DNA of 64,000 nt from an uncultured Clostridia bacterium (GCA_944338165.1 CALVLN010000006.1:11446-75445); one strand, 5' to 3'. Shown: positions 33,713 to 49,063, numbered from the stretch's first letter. Made by a program: numbers and translations. Notes: generated from the sequence alone by a model not told the origin.

Positions 33713-36526
33713 ATGAAAGAAGAGATCTTTGTCAAAGGTGCAAAAGAAAACAATTTAAAGAACATCGACGTACGCATCCCGCGCGGCACGCTCACCGTGT
33801 TCACGGGGCTTTCGGGCAGCGGAAAATCCACGCTCGCCTTCGATACCATCTTTGCGGAAGGGCAGCGCCGGTATATGGAGAGCCTTTCTTCCTATGCGCG
33901 GCAATTTCTCGGCATGATGGAAAAACCGGACGTGGAGTTTATCGACGGGCTCTCGCCCGCCATTTCCATCGATCAGAAGACGACCTCGCACAATCCGCGT
34001 TCCACGGTGGGCACGGTCACGGAGATCTACGATTATCTCCGCTTGCTGTTTGCGCGCGTGGGCACGCCCCATTGCCCCAAATGCGGCAGGGAGATCCGCC
34101 GCCAGACGGTGGACGAGATCGCCGACCGCGTCATGGCCATGCCGCAGGGCAGCAAGATCCTCGTCAATGCGCCCGTGGTGCGCGGCAGAAAGGGGGAATA
34201 TCAGAAGGAGCTTGCGGGCTTCCGCAAGAGCGGGTATGCCCGCGTCAAGATCGACGGCATCGTCTACGATCTGCAGGAGGAGATCAAGCTCGATAAAAAC
34301 GTCAAGCATACGATCGGCGTGGTCGTCGACCGCCTCGTCGTCAAGGAGGGCATCCTGCCCCGCCTGACGGAGAGCCTGGAGACGGCGTTGAAGCTTGCGG
34401 ACGGGCTCGCCGTCATCGACTGCGAAGGGGAGGAAACGCTGTATTCCTCCCGCTATGCCTGCCCCGACTGCAACGTTTCCATCGAGGAGATCGAGCCGCG
34501 GCTCTTTTCCTTCAACACGCCGTACGGGGCATGCCCCGCCTGTACGGGGCTCGGCTTCCAGCAGTCTGTGGATGCCGACCTCATCTGTCCGGACAGGAGC
34601 AAGACGCTGCGGGAAGGCGCCATCCGCATCAGCGGCTGGAATCTCGATTCCTCCACCGTCACGCAGATGTATCTGGGTGCGCTCTCCCGCCATTACGGGT
34701 TTTCTCTGGACGTGCCCGTGAGCGAGCTGCCGCAGCAGGTATGGGATCTTCTCATGTACGGCAACGGCGGGGAGAAGATCGACCTCGAATACGCGACGCG
34801 CACCTTCCGCAGCACGTATCAGAGCGCCTGGGAAGGCTTTGTCAACAACCTGCAGCGGCGGTACGAACAGACGAGTTCGGACGGCGTCAAGTACGACATC
34901 GAGCGCTACATGCGCACGCGTGAGTGCCCCGTCTGCCGCGGCCGCCGCCTGAAAAAGGAAGCGCTCGCCGTCACGATCGGCGGCAGAAACATCGCCGAGG
35001 TGTGCGACATGCCCGTGAGCGAGCTGCCCGCGTTTTTAGACGGGCTCTCGCTCACGCATACGCAGCACGTCATTGCCGGCGGCATCTTAAAGGAGATCCG
35101 CAGCCGCGTCGGCTTTCTGTGCGGCGTGGGGCTCGGGTATCTCACCCTCTCGCGCAGCGCCGCCACCCTCTCGGGCGGGGAGAGCCAGCGCATCCGCCTC
35201 GCCACGCAGATCGGAAGCGCCCTCACGGGCGTCCTCTATATCCTCGACGAGCCGAGCATCGGCCTGCATCAGCGGGATAACGACCGGCTGCTCGCTTCGC
35301 TCAAGGGGCTGCGCGATCTCGGCAATACGCTCATCGTCGTCGAGCACGACGAGGATACCATCCGCGCGGCCGACTACATCGTGGACATCGGGCCCGGCGC
35401 GGGGATCCACGGCGGCGAAGTCGTCGCCTGCGGCACGCAGGAGGATATCATGAACGAGCCGCGCTCCGTCACGGGCGATTTTCTCGCGGGCAGGCGCAGG
35501 ATCGCCGTTCCCTCCGCGCGCAAGGCGCCCGACGGCAGGTGGCTGACCGTGCGCGGCTGCCGGCAGAACAATCTGAAGGGGATCGACGTGCGCATCCCCG
35601 CCGGGCTCATCACCGCGGTCACGGGCGTATCGGGTTCGGGGAAATCCTCCCTCGTCAACGAGATCGTCCTGCCCATCCTCATGAACCGCCTCAACGGCGC
35701 GCATCAGCCGGAGGGAAAGTACGGGTCGTTTGAAGGCGTCGAACAGTTTGACAAGGCGATCGCCATCGATCAGTCGCCCATCGGCAGGACGCCGCGCTCC
35801 AATCCCGCCACCTACACGGGCGTGTTCACCATGATCCGCGAACTGTTTGCGCAGACGCAGGACGCCAAGGCGCGCGGCTTCAAGGCGGGGCGCTTCTCCT
35901 TCAACGTGGCGGGCGGCCGCTGCGAGAGCTGCGCGGGCGACGGCATCCGCAAGATCGAGATGCACTTTTTGCCCGACGTCTACGTCCCCTGCGAGGTGTG
36001 CGGCGGCAAGCGATACAACCGCGAGACGCTGGAAGTCAAGTACAAGGGCAAGTCCATTTCCGACGTGCTGGAAATGACCGTGGAGGAAGCGGCGGGCTTC
36101 TTCCGCAGCATCCCGTCCATTTACAATAAAATGAAGACGCTGCTCGACGTCGGGCTCGGCTATATCCGGCTGGGGCAGAGCGCCACCACCCTCTCGGGCG
36201 GCGAGGCGCAGCGCGTCAAACTGGCGACCGAGCTTTCCAAACGCTCTACGGGCAGGACGTTTTATATCCTCGACGAGCCGACCACGGGCCTGCACAGTTA
36301 CGATGTGGAAAAGCTCGTGCAGATCCTGCTGCGCCTGCGCGAGGGCGGCAACACCGTGCTCGTCATCGAGCACAATCTCGACGTCATCAAGATCGCCGAT
36401 CACATCATCGACCTGGGGCCCGAAGGGGGAGACGGCGGCGGCACGGTGCTGTGCACGGGCACGCCCGAGGAGGTCGCCGCCTGCCCGCAGAGCTATACGG
36501 GGCAGTTTTTGAGGAAGATCCTATGA
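33713..36526 (+). CDS. uvrA: excinuclease ABC subunit A
   Basis: 937 aa. Two ABC modules (GLSGSGKST and GVSGSGKSS) and zinc-finger Cys clusters. Confidence 0.96.
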   Translation: MKEEIFVKGAKENNLKNIDVRIPRGTLTVFTGLSGSGKSTLAFDTIFAEGQRRYMESLSSYARQFLGMMEKPDVEFIDGLSPAISIDQKTTSHNPRSTVGTVTEIYDYLRLLFARVGTPHCPKCGREIRRQTVDEIADRVMAMPQGSKILVNAPVVRGRKGEYQKELAGFRKSGYARVKIDGIVYDLQEEIKLDKNVKHTIGVVVDRLVVKEGILPRLTESLETALKLADGLAVIDCEGEETLYSSRYACPDCNVSIEEIEPRLFSFNTPYGACPACTGLGFQQSVDADLICPDRSKTLREGAIRISGWNLDSSTVTQMYLGALSRHYGFSLDVPVSELPQQVWDLLMYGNGGEKIDLEYATRTFRSTYQSAWEGFVNNLQRRYEQTSSDGVKYDIERYMRTRECPVCRGRRLKKEALAVTIGGRNIAEVCDMPVSELPAFLDGLSLTHTQHVIAGGILKEIRSRVGFLCGVGLGYLTLSRSAATLSGGESQRIRLATQIGSALTGVLYILDEPSIGLHQRDNDRLLASLKGLRDLGNTLIVVEHDEDTIRAADYIVDIGPGAGIHGGEVVACGTQEDIMNEPRSVTGDFLAGRRRIAVPSARKAPDGRWLTVRGCRQNNLKGIDVRIPAGLITAVTGVSGSGKSSLVNEIVLPILMNRLNGAHQPEGKYGSFEGVEQFDKAIAIDQSPIGRTPRSNPATYTGVFTMIRELFAQTQDAKARGFKAGRFSFNVAGGRCESCAGDGIRKIEMHFLPDVYVPCEVCGGKRYNRETLEVKYKGKSISDVLEMTVEEAAGFFRSIPSIYNKMKTLLDVGLGYIRLGQSATTLSGGEAQRVKLATELSKRSTGRTFYILDEPTTGLHSYDVEKLVQILLRLREGGNTVLVIEHNLDVIKIADHIIDLGPEGGDGGGTVLCTGTPEEVAACPQSYTGQFLRKIL

Positions 36527-37191
36527 CGGACGAGACGGCGTTCTTTGCAGGGACTCTGCGGCGGGAATGCGCCCTTTCCGACGGGGCATGCGAGCGGGAA
36601 GGCGCGCTCCGGGCCGAACGGCCGATCTGCGGCGGGCAGTTCCGCCTCGAGGTGTCGTTTTCCGCGGATGCGGTCTTTACGCGGCTGATCGACGTCATGA
36701 CGGAAGAGGAGTACGTCCTGCATCGCGTGGACGGGGCGCAGGGCGCCTTTGTGGATCGCGTGCGCAGGGAGTATCGCGCGGCGCTTTCCGAGTTCCGCGA
36801 GCGCCGGTACGATCGCAGCGCCTTCCGCAGCGACGACGGCAACGCCCTGCTCTCCTACGCCTGCGGGCGTTACGGGGGCCGTCCCGAGCATCTGTGGGAG
36901 CGCGAGCCTTCCTATGCGGTGCTGCGCCGCCGCGACAACGGCAAATGGTATGCGGTGTTTCTCACCGTTGCGCCGGAAAAGCTGGGGCTGCGCGGGGAGG
37001 GGTTTTTGGAGATCGTCGACCTGCGCATGCGGCCGCAGGATCTGGATGTGCGCGCGGACGGCGTAAAATACTTCCGCGGCTGGCACATGAACAAGAAACA
37101 CTGGGTGACGGTGGTGCTCGGCGGGACGCTGCCCTATGCGACGCTGCAGGCGCTCCTGGACGAGAGTTACCGCCTGGCGGATAAAAAGTGA
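36523..37191 (+). CDS. MmcQ/YjbR-family domain protein with an unassigned N-terminal domain of about 100 aa
   Basis: The C-terminal half (PEHLWEREPSYAVLRRRDNGKWYAVFL...HMNKKHWVTVVL) follows the YjbR pattern. The ATG overlaps the uvrA stop (ATGA). Confidence 0.65.
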   Translation: MTDETAFFAGTLRRECALSDGACEREGALRAERPICGGQFRLEVSFSADAVFTRLIDVMTEEEYVLHRVDGAQGAFVDRVRREYRAALSEFRERRYDRSAFRSDDGNALLSYACGRYGGRPEHLWEREPSYAVLRRRDNGKWYAVFLTVAPEKLGLRGEGFLEIVDLRMRPQDLDVRADGVKYFRGWHMNKKHWVTVVLGGTLPYATLQALLDESYRLADKK

Positions 37192-37202
37192 GGAGAGGGA
37201 AC

Positions 37203-38390
37203 ATGGTCAATCGGAACAGCAAGCGGTTGGGGCAGGAGCGCTCCGTCATCCGCGAGATCTTCGAATACGCCAACGAGCGCAAGCGGGAGATCGGCGCGGA
37301 AAACGTGTTTGATTTTTCGCTGGGAAACCCCGGCGTGCCCGCGCCGCCCGCGGTAAACGCGGAGATCGTGCGGCTGACGGAGGAAATGCCGCCGCTCGCG
37401 CTGCACGGCTATACGTCCGCGCCCGGCGCGCCCGACGTGCGGGAGGCCGTTGCGGCTTATATCCGGACGGCATTCGGTGTGCCCATGTCCGCAGATATGG
37501 TGTATATGACTTGCGGCGCGGCGGCGTCCCTCGCCGTTACGCTGCGCGCTTTGTGCGAAGAAGGGGATGAGATCGTCGCGATCACGCCCTGTTTCCCCGA
37601 ATATCGCGTCTTTGCCGAGGCGGCGGGCGGAAGGTTCGTCGAAGTTCCCGCGGGGGAGGGGTTTCATCCGGACATGGCTGCCCTGAAGGCGGCGATCGGG
37701 AAGCGTACCAAGGCGGTCATCCTCAATTCCCCCAACAATCCCACCGGCGTCGTGTACGGGGCGGAAGAACTTTCGGCGCTCGGCGCGCTGCTGCACGACG
37801 CGGGCGCGCGGAACGGTTCGCCCGTTTTTCTCATCGCCGACGAGCCGTACCGTGAACTTACCTACGGGGCGGCCGTGCCCTATCCCATGGTGCATTACGC
37901 GAATACCGTCGTGTGCTATTCCTTTTCCAAATCGCTCTCTCTGGCGGGGGAGCGCATCGGCTACATCGCCGTATCCCCGCGGTGTGCGGGCGCGGCGGAC
38001 GTGTTTTCCGCGGTGTGCGGCGCGGCGCGCGCCCTCGGCTACGTCTGTGCGCCCTCCCTCTTTCAGCGCGTGGCGGCAAGCTGCCTCGGCATGTCGGGCG
38101 ACGTGGAGGAATACCGCAAAAACCGCGACCTGCTGTACTCTTTTCTGACGCAGTGCGGCTTTTCCTGCGTGCCGCCCGAGGGGGCGTTCTATCTGTTCAT
38201 GCGATCCCCCGAGCCCGACGCCGTCGCCTTTTGCGAGCGGGCGAAACGGCACGAGCTGCTCTTCGTCCCTTCGGACGGCTTTGGCGTGAAGGGGTACGTG
38301 CGCATTTCCTATTGCGTGGAACGCGCCGTCATCGAGCGAAGTTTGCCCGCCTTCGGCGCCCTTGCTCGGGAATACGGGCTTATCGGGTAA
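37203..38390 (+). CDS. class I/II pyridoxal-phosphate-dependent aminotransferase
   Basis: SFSKSLSLAGERIGY (PLP lysine motif) and NSPNNPTG. GAGGAGAGGG RBS before the ATG at 37203. Confidence 0.88.
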   Translation: MVNRNSKRLGQERSVIREIFEYANERKREIGAENVFDFSLGNPGVPAPPAVNAEIVRLTEEMPPLALHGYTSAPGAPDVREAVAAYIRTAFGVPMSADMVYMTCGAAASLAVTLRALCEEGDEIVAITPCFPEYRVFAEAAGGRFVEVPAGEGFHPDMAALKAAIGKRTKAVILNSPNNPTGVVYGAEELSALGALLHDAGARNGSPVFLIADEPYRELTYGAAVPYPMVHYANTVVCYSFSKSLSLAGERIGYIAVSPRCAGAADVFSAVCGAARALGYVCAPSLFQRVAASCLGMSGDVEEYRKNRDLLYSFLTQCGFSCVPPEGAFYLFMRSPEPDAVAFCERAKRHELLFVPSDGFGVKGYVRISYCVERAVIERSLPAFGALAREYGLIG

Positions 38391-38396
38391 CTCGAT

Positions 38397-38442
38397 CAAA
38401 AGGGAAGCGCCCCGCATGTCTCGCGGGGCGCTTCCCTTTTTT
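38397..38442. terminator. bidirectional intrinsic terminator
   Basis: GGGAAGCGCCCCGC...GCGGGGCGCTTCCC stem of 14 bp, flanked by A4 and T6. Confidence 0.85.
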
Positions 38443-39424
38443 ACAGGCTGATGAGCAGCAGCACGACCGGCAGGGTGAATGCGGACAGCAGCGTCCCCGT
38501 CGCGTACGCGGCGGCTGCCAGCTGTTTTTCGCCGTCATATTTTTCCGCGAATGCGACGACGCTTGCGGCAGGCGGCATGCTCATGGCGATCACGGGCGCA
38601 AGCAGGACGTACGGCGCGTCGGCAAACAGTCCCGCGGCGCGGAAGGGCAGGATCATAAGATAGGTAAGCCCGAACGAGAGAATGAGCCGCACAAACGAAG
38701 TGATATAAATATCCTTATCGCAGAAGAGTTTTTTCGGGGAGATTTCCGCGAGGCGCACGCCGACGATCATCATGGAAAGGGGCGCGGTCATGTTGCCCGT
38801 ATACACGACGATCTGCTGCAGTTCGCTGACTTCTTCCATATTGAAGATGTTGATCTGCGGCACGAGGAAGAGGATGAATCCGATCACGGAGCCGATGGTG
38901 CAGGGGTTGAGCAGTGCCTTTTTGATGGAAATCTGCTTTTTATCCTGCGTGATGAGGTAAGCGCCGAGCGTCCAGAGAATGAGGTTGAACGCGACGGTGA
39001 AGACGATGATATACATCATTGCCTCGGAGTTCCCGTCGGTGAACATATCGATGAAGGGAATTCCGACGAACGCGCAGTTGGAGAAGGTGCCGACGAACAC
39101 GAGCACGTCGCGCTTTTTGCGGTCTTCCGGTTTTCTGAGGTAAAGAAAGACAAGTTTTGCCGCGATAAAGGTAAGGAAAATGGCGGCGACGGAAAAGAGG
39201 AAGACGTATAAGAAGTTCAAAAGGACTTTGCCTGAAGGGGGAATGGGATCGACGGTGAACGCCTTGATGATGAGCATCGGCTGGCTCAGGCAGAGCAGGA
39301 TATTGGAAAGCGAATACATACTTTCCGAGCGGACGTGTTTGGTCTTCCGCAGGATAAATCCGGGGACGGCAAACACGAGCAGTACGAACATGATAATAAG
39401 TACTTTCAGAACGATTTGCGTCAT
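38441..39424 (-). CDS. AEC-family (auxin efflux carrier-like) transporter
   Basis: 327 aa from the ATG at 39424 (MTQIVLKVLIIMFVLLVFAVPGFILRK...), about 10 TM helices. Visibly lower GC than its neighbours. Confidence 0.85.
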   Translation of the reverse strand: MTQIVLKVLIIMFVLLVFAVPGFILRKTKHVRSESMYSLSNILLCLSQPMLIIKAFTVDPIPPSGKVLLNFLYVFLFSVAAIFLTFIAAKLVFLYLRKPEDRKKRDVLVFVGTFSNCAFVGIPFIDMFTDGNSEAMMYIIVFTVAFNLILWTLGAYLITQDKKQISIKKALLNPCTIGSVIGFILFLVPQINIFNMEEVSELQQIVVYTGNMTAPLSMMIVGVRLAEISPKKLFCDKDIYITSFVRLILSFGLTYLMILPFRAAGLFADAPYVLLAPVIAMSMPPAASVVAFAEKYDGEKQLAAAAYATGTLLSAFTLPVVLLLISL

Positions 39425-39670
39425 AAGAAACGACCTTTTGGGGATGAATTTACGCGGAGAGGGGGGAATTTGTCTTTTTCTCCGAGCGCGAGGACTATTA
39501 TAGCACCATAAAAGGGGGAAGGCAACGAAAAAAGGCGGGAAAAATTGCACAAAATGAGAAAATTTTATCTTTGAACGGGGACAGAGGAAAGCGGGGGATT
39601 TCAAAAATTTTCCTCATGTGGAATAGAACGCGCAAAGGGTGGCATAATGACAATATACGGAGGTAAATTT

Positions 39671-40216
39671 ATGAAAGCAACGGGCATCGTGAGGAGAATT
39701 GACGAGTTGGGCAGAGTGGTGATTCCCAAGGAAATCCGCCGTACGCTGCGCATACGGGAAGGGGATCCCCTGGAACTGTTTACCGACCGCGACGAACTCA
39801 TGCTGAAAAAATATTCGCCCATCGCGTCCATCGAGCGGTTTTCCGAGGCGTCGGTGAAATCGCTCAATGAGCAGAGCGGATATCTTGCGCTCATCTGCGA
39901 CACGGACGGCGTGCTCGGCGCGGCGGGCGCGGGGCGCAAGGCGTTCCCGGGCAAAACGGTCTCCGAGGCGCTCACCGAGGTGATGCGGGCGCGGCGCAGC
40001 TATCTCGCCAACCGCGCGGAAGGGGGCGACGTCATCCCCGTCACGCAGGAGGGCGGCGAGGACGTCACGGCGCAGGTCATCGTGCCCATCGTCTCCGGCG
40101 GGGACTGCCTCGGCGCCGTCGTACTCCTGTCGCGGGAGGAGGGCGCGGAGATGGACGCTTCGGCGGTCAAACTGGCGCGCCTGACGGCGGATATCATCGC
40201 CAACCAGTTTGTCTGA
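39671..40216 (+). CDS. spoVT: stage V sporulation protein T (AbrB-family regulator)
   Basis: MKATGIVRRIDELGRVVIPKEIRRTLRIREGDPLELF is the SpoVT/AbrB swapped-hairpin N-terminus, followed by a GAF-like C-terminus. GGAGG RBS. Confidence 0.9.
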   Translation: MKATGIVRRIDELGRVVIPKEIRRTLRIREGDPLELFTDRDELMLKKYSPIASIERFSEASVKSLNEQSGYLALICDTDGVLGAAGAGRKAFPGKTVSEALTEVMRARRSYLANRAEGGDVIPVTQEGGEDVTAQVIVPIVSGGDCLGAVVLLSREEGAEMDASAVKLARLTADIIANQFV

Positions 40217-40246
40217 AACGCGGGCATGCCCATGCCCGGGTACATA

Positions 40247-41641
40247 ATGAAGCGGAAGACGTTTTTGAAAAACGCCGCCGTCCTCTCTGCGGGCGGATTT
40301 GCCGCCAAGGCGGTCGGCGCCATATACCGCGTGCCGCTGGGAAATCTTCTGGGCGGATATGCAATGGGGCTCTACCAGATGGCGTATCCGCTCTTCTGCG
40401 TCATGCTCACGTTTTCTTCGGCGGGCATCCCCAACGCATTCGCGCGCATCGTCTCGCGCGAGGCGGCGGAAGGGAAGGACGTGCGCGGCACGCTGCGCTC
40501 GGCGCTGCGCCTTTTTTGCATGATCGGGCTGGTGTGCACCCTGCTCATGCTCCTTCTTTCCCCGCTTTTTTCTGCATTGCAGGGGGATGCGGTGCTCGCG
40601 CGCTGCTATCTCGCCCTGGCTCCGTCCGTCTTTCTCGTCGCGCTCATCGCCGTGTTCCGCGGCTATTTTCAGGGAAAAAACGACATGCGCCCCACGGCGG
40701 CGAGCGAACTTCTCGAACAGATCGTCAAGGCGGCGCTCGGTCTTTTTTTCGCCCTCCGCTTCCGGGACGAGCCGCTGCGCGCGGTGACGTACGCGCTTTT
40801 CGCCGTGACCGCATCCGAACTCGTCGCGCTCGGGTATCTGATGCTTTGCTGCCGCAGCGCCCGCGCGCCGCTGCCCATGCATCTCCCCGCAGTCCCGGGG
40901 CGCCGCATTCTGGCAACGGCGCTGCCCGTGATGGCGGCTTCTTCGCTGCTGCCGCTTTCCCAGACGGCGGACAGCATCCTCATCGTGCGCCTTCTTTCCG
41001 CCCATACGGAAGGGGCGGTCGCTCTGTACGGCCTGTTTGCGGGCGGCGCGCTCTCTCTCGTCGGGCTCTCGTCCGCCGTATGCTGGGGGTTGGCGGCGGC
41101 GAGCGTGCCTGCCGTTTCGGCGCTCTTTGCCGAAGGGCGCGAGGCGGAGGGCGTGCGCCGCGCGCTGTATGCGCTGGGCGTGACGCTGCTTTTGTCCGTT
41201 CCCTGTGCGGCGGGGCTTTTTTTGTTTGCCCGCTACGCCGCGGCGATCCTGTATCCCGCGCTTTCTTCCGCGCAGGCATCCGTCCTCGTCGCGCTGTTGC
41301 GTACCCTTGCGCCCGCGGCGGTCTTTTTGCCCTGCATGCAGACGCTTTCCGCCTGCCTCACGGGCATGGGCAGGGCGAAAAAAGCCATGCTGGCGACGGC
41401 GGTCGCCGTCTGCGTCAAATTTTTGCTGGAAGTTCTGCTCCTGCGGGTGCCATCCCTTTCCGTATTGGGCGCCGCGATCGCCGCGGACGCCTGTTATCTG
41501 GTTGCTTTTTCTCTCGATTTGTTTTATACTGTAAAAAAACCAAACGCAAAGGGAGAATATCGTGATCACCGTAGTCAGTCTGGGAGTGGAAAAGGGAGAT
41601 TGGAGCGCGCGGGCGCGGGAGGCCGTCCTCCGAGCGGATAA
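40247..41641 (+). CDS. MOP-superfamily polysaccharide/lipid II flippase-like protein (YabM/SpoVB-like)
   Basis: N-terminus FLKNAAVLSAGGFAAKAVGAIYRVPLGNLLG..GMGLYQMAYPL. Multi-TM. Synteny spoVT-yabM-yabN as in B. subtilis. Confidence 0.8.
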   Translation: MKRKTFLKNAAVLSAGGFAAKAVGAIYRVPLGNLLGGYAMGLYQMAYPLFCVMLTFSSAGIPNAFARIVSREAAEGKDVRGTLRSALRLFCMIGLVCTLLMLLLSPLFSALQGDAVLARCYLALAPSVFLVALIAVFRGYFQGKNDMRPTAASELLEQIVKAALGLFFALRFRDEPLRAVTYALFAVTASELVALGYLMLCCRSARAPLPMHLPAVPGRRILATALPVMAASSLLPLSQTADSILIVRLLSAHTEGAVALYGLFAGGALSLVGLSSAVCWGLAAASVPAVSALFAEGREAEGVRRALYALGVTLLLSVPCAAGLFLFARYAAAILYPALSSAQASVLVALLRTLAPAAVFLPCMQTLSACLTGMGRAKKAMLATAVAVCVKFLLEVLLLRVPSLSVLGAAIAADACYLVAFSLDLFYTVKKPNAKGEYRDHRSQSGSGKGRLERAGAGGRPPSG

Positions 41642-42947
41642 GGTGGTCCTGCGCACGGCGCTCACCGCTTCGGCGGAGACGCTGAAGGAGGCGGGGATCG
41701 CCTTCGAATCGCTGGACGGCGTATACGAAAGGAGCCGCAATTTCCGCACGCTCACCAAAAACCTCGCCGCGGAAGTCGTGCGGCGGGCGGCGGGGGTGAC
41801 CCTGTGTTATTGCGTGGACGGCGGCGTGCACGAGGATGCCTGCGCGCGGCTGCTGCTCCGCCGCAGGGACGCTTGCGCGATCGAGGGCGTCACCAAGGGC
41901 GCCTATTGTGCGGCAAAGGCGAACCTCGGCACCGCCGTCATGAGCGTATCCGCCTACGAGGTGGGGGAGCGCGAACTTTCGCTTCCCCTCGTCGTTTACG
42001 ATATCGACAGCCGCGGGCTTGCCGCCGACGTCAAGCTCTGCCTTGCGGAGCGGTTCGGCGACGAGGCTCCCGCTTATTTCCTCCGCGCCGGGAAGGGGAA
42101 GCGCATCCCGCTGTACGAAGCCGACCGCGCCGAGGAGTACGATTCCTCCTGCATGCTCGCCGTTTTCGACGCGCCGCTCCTCGAAAAGAAGCGGTTTTCC
42201 CTGTTTGATTTCATGCAGATCATGCGCCGCCTGCGCGCGCCGGACGGCTGCCCGTGGGATAGGGTGCAGACGCATGAGAGCATCCGCATCAACCTCATCG
42301 AGGAGGCGTACGAACTGCTCGATGCCATCGACCTGGACGATCCCGATAAAATGTGCGAGGAGGCGGGCGACGTGCTCATGCAGGCGGCGTTCCATACCCT
42401 CATGGAGGAAGAACGCAGTCATTTCACCATGACCGACGTCATAAGCGGCCTTTGCACCAAGCTCATCACGCGGCATACCCATGTCTTCGGCGGGGAGGCC
42501 GCGGAAGGGGCGGAAGGCGCGCTTTCCGTCTGGGATAAGAACAAAATGACGGAAAAGCATCAGAAGACGTATTCCGACGCCGTAAACGACGTGCCCGCCT
42601 GTTTTCCCGCCCTTCTGCGGGCGCAGAAGATCGCCAAGCGCATGGCAAAGGGCGGATATCCCGTCAGCCGCGAAGGCGCGGAACGCGCGCTCGCGGAGGC
42701 GCTTTTGCACATCGGCACGGAGGAGAAGGCGGACGCGGCGCTGGGGAAGGCGCTGATGGCGGTCGCGCAGCTTGCCTATCTTTCCGGCGCGGATGCGGAA
42801 CAGGCGCTCCTCGACGAGGCGAAGCGGGCGCAGAGGGCGTATACGGCGTTCGAGGCGCTCGTGCGGGCGGACGGAAAGGACGTTTCGGCGCTTTCCGAGG
42901 AGGAGCGGAAGGCGTATCAGGAGAAGGCAGATGTGGCACGGACTTGA
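41562..42947 (+). CDS. mazG: YabN-type fusion: tetrapyrrole-methylase-like domain plus MazG nucleoside triphosphate pyrophosphohydrolase
   Basis: ITVVSLG... N-terminal domain. MazG core LRAPDGCPWDRVQTHESIRINLIEEAYELLDAI..EEAGDVLMQ. GTG start with a GGGAG RBS. Confidence 0.88.
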   Translation: MITVVSLGVEKGDWSARAREAVLRADKVVLRTALTASAETLKEAGIAFESLDGVYERSRNFRTLTKNLAAEVVRRAAGVTLCYCVDGGVHEDACARLLLRRRDACAIEGVTKGAYCAAKANLGTAVMSVSAYEVGERELSLPLVVYDIDSRGLAADVKLCLAERFGDEAPAYFLRAGKGKRIPLYEADRAEEYDSSCMLAVFDAPLLEKKRFSLFDFMQIMRRLRAPDGCPWDRVQTHESIRINLIEEAYELLDAIDLDDPDKMCEEAGDVLMQAAFHTLMEEERSHFTMTDVISGLCTKLITRHTHVFGGEAAEGAEGALSVWDKNKMTEKHQKTYSDAVNDVPACFPALLRAQKIAKRMAKGGYPVSREGAERALAEALLHIGTEEKADAALGKALMAVAQLAYLSGADAEQALLDEAKRAQRAYTAFEALVRADGKDVSALSEEERKAYQEKADVART

Positions 42948-43875
42948 CGTCGCGGGGATGCGGACGGCGAACAACGTGTTTCTCGCGCCGCTCGCGGGGT
43001 ATACCAATCTGCCCTTCCGCGCCATGTGCGCGCGGCTGGGGGCGGGGCTGACCTTTACCGAAATGGTCAGCTGCAAGGGGCTCTTGTACCGCAACGAAAA
43101 CACGCGCATGCTCCTTCTGCACGGGGAGGAGGCGCCGCGCGCGGCGCAGATCTTCGGCAGCGATCCCGCCGTCATGCGCGCGGCATGCGAGGGGGAGGAT
43201 CTCGCGCCGTTCGACCTCATCGACATCAACATGGGATGCCCCATGCCCAAGATCGTCGGCAACGGGGAGGGGAGCGCGCTTCTCGAGGATCTTCCGCTCG
43301 CCGAACGGATCGTCTCCGAATGCGCCAAAAGCGGCAAGCGGATCTCCGTCAAATTCCGCATCGGCGTGCGCCGCGGGGAGGAACACGCGGCGGAGTACGC
43401 GCGGCGGTTTGCGGGCGCGGGGGCGTGCATGCTCACCGTGCACGGCAGAACGCGGGACATGGTCTATGCCGGCGAGCCGGATCACGCGGCGATCGCCGCG
43501 GCGAAGAACGCGGTCTCGGTTCCCGTCATTGCCAACGGCGGTATCTTTTCCGCCGCGGACGCCGCGGACATGGTGCGCAGAACGGGCGCGGACGGGATCA
43601 TGGTGGCGCGCGCCGCACTCTCCCGGCCGCAGATCTTCTGTGAGATCCTGGGGACGGAGGCGCCCCCCTTGCGGGAGCTTTACTTCCGCCAGCTTGAAGA
43701 GACGCTCGCACTTTACGGGGAGCGCTTTGCCGTGGTGTTCATGCGCAAGATGGCTGCCTTTTACTGCCACGGCATGCGCGGCGCGGCGGAATACAAGCGC
43801 AGGCTGTTTGCGGCGGGCACGGCGGCGGAACTCGTTTCCGTCGCGGAAGAGGTCTTTTCGGCGGACGGGCGCTGA
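42931..43875 (+). CDS. dus: tRNA-dihydrouridine synthase
   Basis: LAPLAGYTNLPFR, DINMGCP and VHGRT motifs. ATG at 42931 with a GGAGAAGG RBS. Confidence 0.9.
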   Translation: MWHGLDVAGMRTANNVFLAPLAGYTNLPFRAMCARLGAGLTFTEMVSCKGLLYRNENTRMLLLHGEEAPRAAQIFGSDPAVMRAACEGEDLAPFDLIDINMGCPMPKIVGNGEGSALLEDLPLAERIVSECAKSGKRISVKFRIGVRRGEEHAAEYARRFAGAGACMLTVHGRTRDMVYAGEPDHAAIAAAKNAVSVPVIANGGIFSAADAADMVRRTGADGIMVARAALSRPQIFCEILGTEAPPLRELYFRQLEETLALYGERFAVVFMRKMAAFYCHGMRGAAEYKRRLFAAGTAAELVSVAEEVFSADGR

Positions 43876-43920
43876 GCGGCCGCCCAAAAAACGGGCGTAT
43901 CCCCCCACGACGGCGGGATA

Positions 43921-46021
<2,101 letters not shown>

Positions 46022-46032
46022 GGGGGAAGGAT

Positions 46033-48585
<2,553 letters not shown>

Positions 48586-48606
48586 TATAAAGGCATACCC
48601 ATGTCT

Positions 48607-48648
48607 AAAAAAATCCCCTCGGCGGCAAAGTCCGTCGGGGGGATTTTT
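48607..48648 (+). terminator. intrinsic terminator
   Basis: AAAAAAATCCCCTCGGCGG...CCGTCGGGGGGATTTTT, a stem with two G-U pairs. Confidence 0.75.
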
Positions 48649-48766
48649 GGCAGCGCACGGGGCTTTGTTTTTCGGCAGGCATGTTCGGGGCGATCGTGTG
48701 ATCTCTCGGGCATGTCCGAGGGGCGGCGCAGGTATAGGAACGGGTGCGGCCGGGAATAATCAAGGC

Positions 48767-49063
48767 ATGATCAAGACGAGACACGGTATCGCGGAAGTCA
48801 AAGAGAGCATCGCGGCGCTCATGCGGCGGCAGGTGGACGTGACGGTGAACCTGGGGCGCAACAAGACGCTCCGTTTTTGCGGGGAGCTTTCGGGCGTCTA
48901 TCCCGCGCTGTTCACCGTCCGCCCCAACGACGGGAATTTTCTCGGCAAGACCGCCTATTCCTATGCGGAAGTGCTGTGCGGGAGCGTGCGCGTGCGTCCC
49001 GCCGGCGGCTTCGACGCAAAGGGCGACGTTCCGACACAGTCCGCACCGGAATTGCCGTCATAA
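48767..49063 (+). CDS. veg: Veg-family protein
   Basis: IAEVKESIAALMRRQVDVTVNLGRNKTLRFCGELSGVYPALFTV...KTAYSYAEVLCGSV parallels B. subtilis Veg. The track ORF start at 48506 is an Arg-rich extension. Confidence 0.8.
   Translation: MIKTRHGIAEVKESIAALMRRQVDVTVNLGRNKTLRFCGELSGVYPALFTVRPNDGNFLGKTAYSYAEVLCGSVRVRPAGGFDAKGDVPTQSAPELPS

Noticed and set aside
35087-36403. 438-aa minus-strand ORF
   Set aside because: Antisense shadow of uvrA.
39614-41758. 714-aa minus-strand ORF
   Set aside because: Arg/Gly/Ala-rich. It runs antisense across spoVT and the flippase-like gene.
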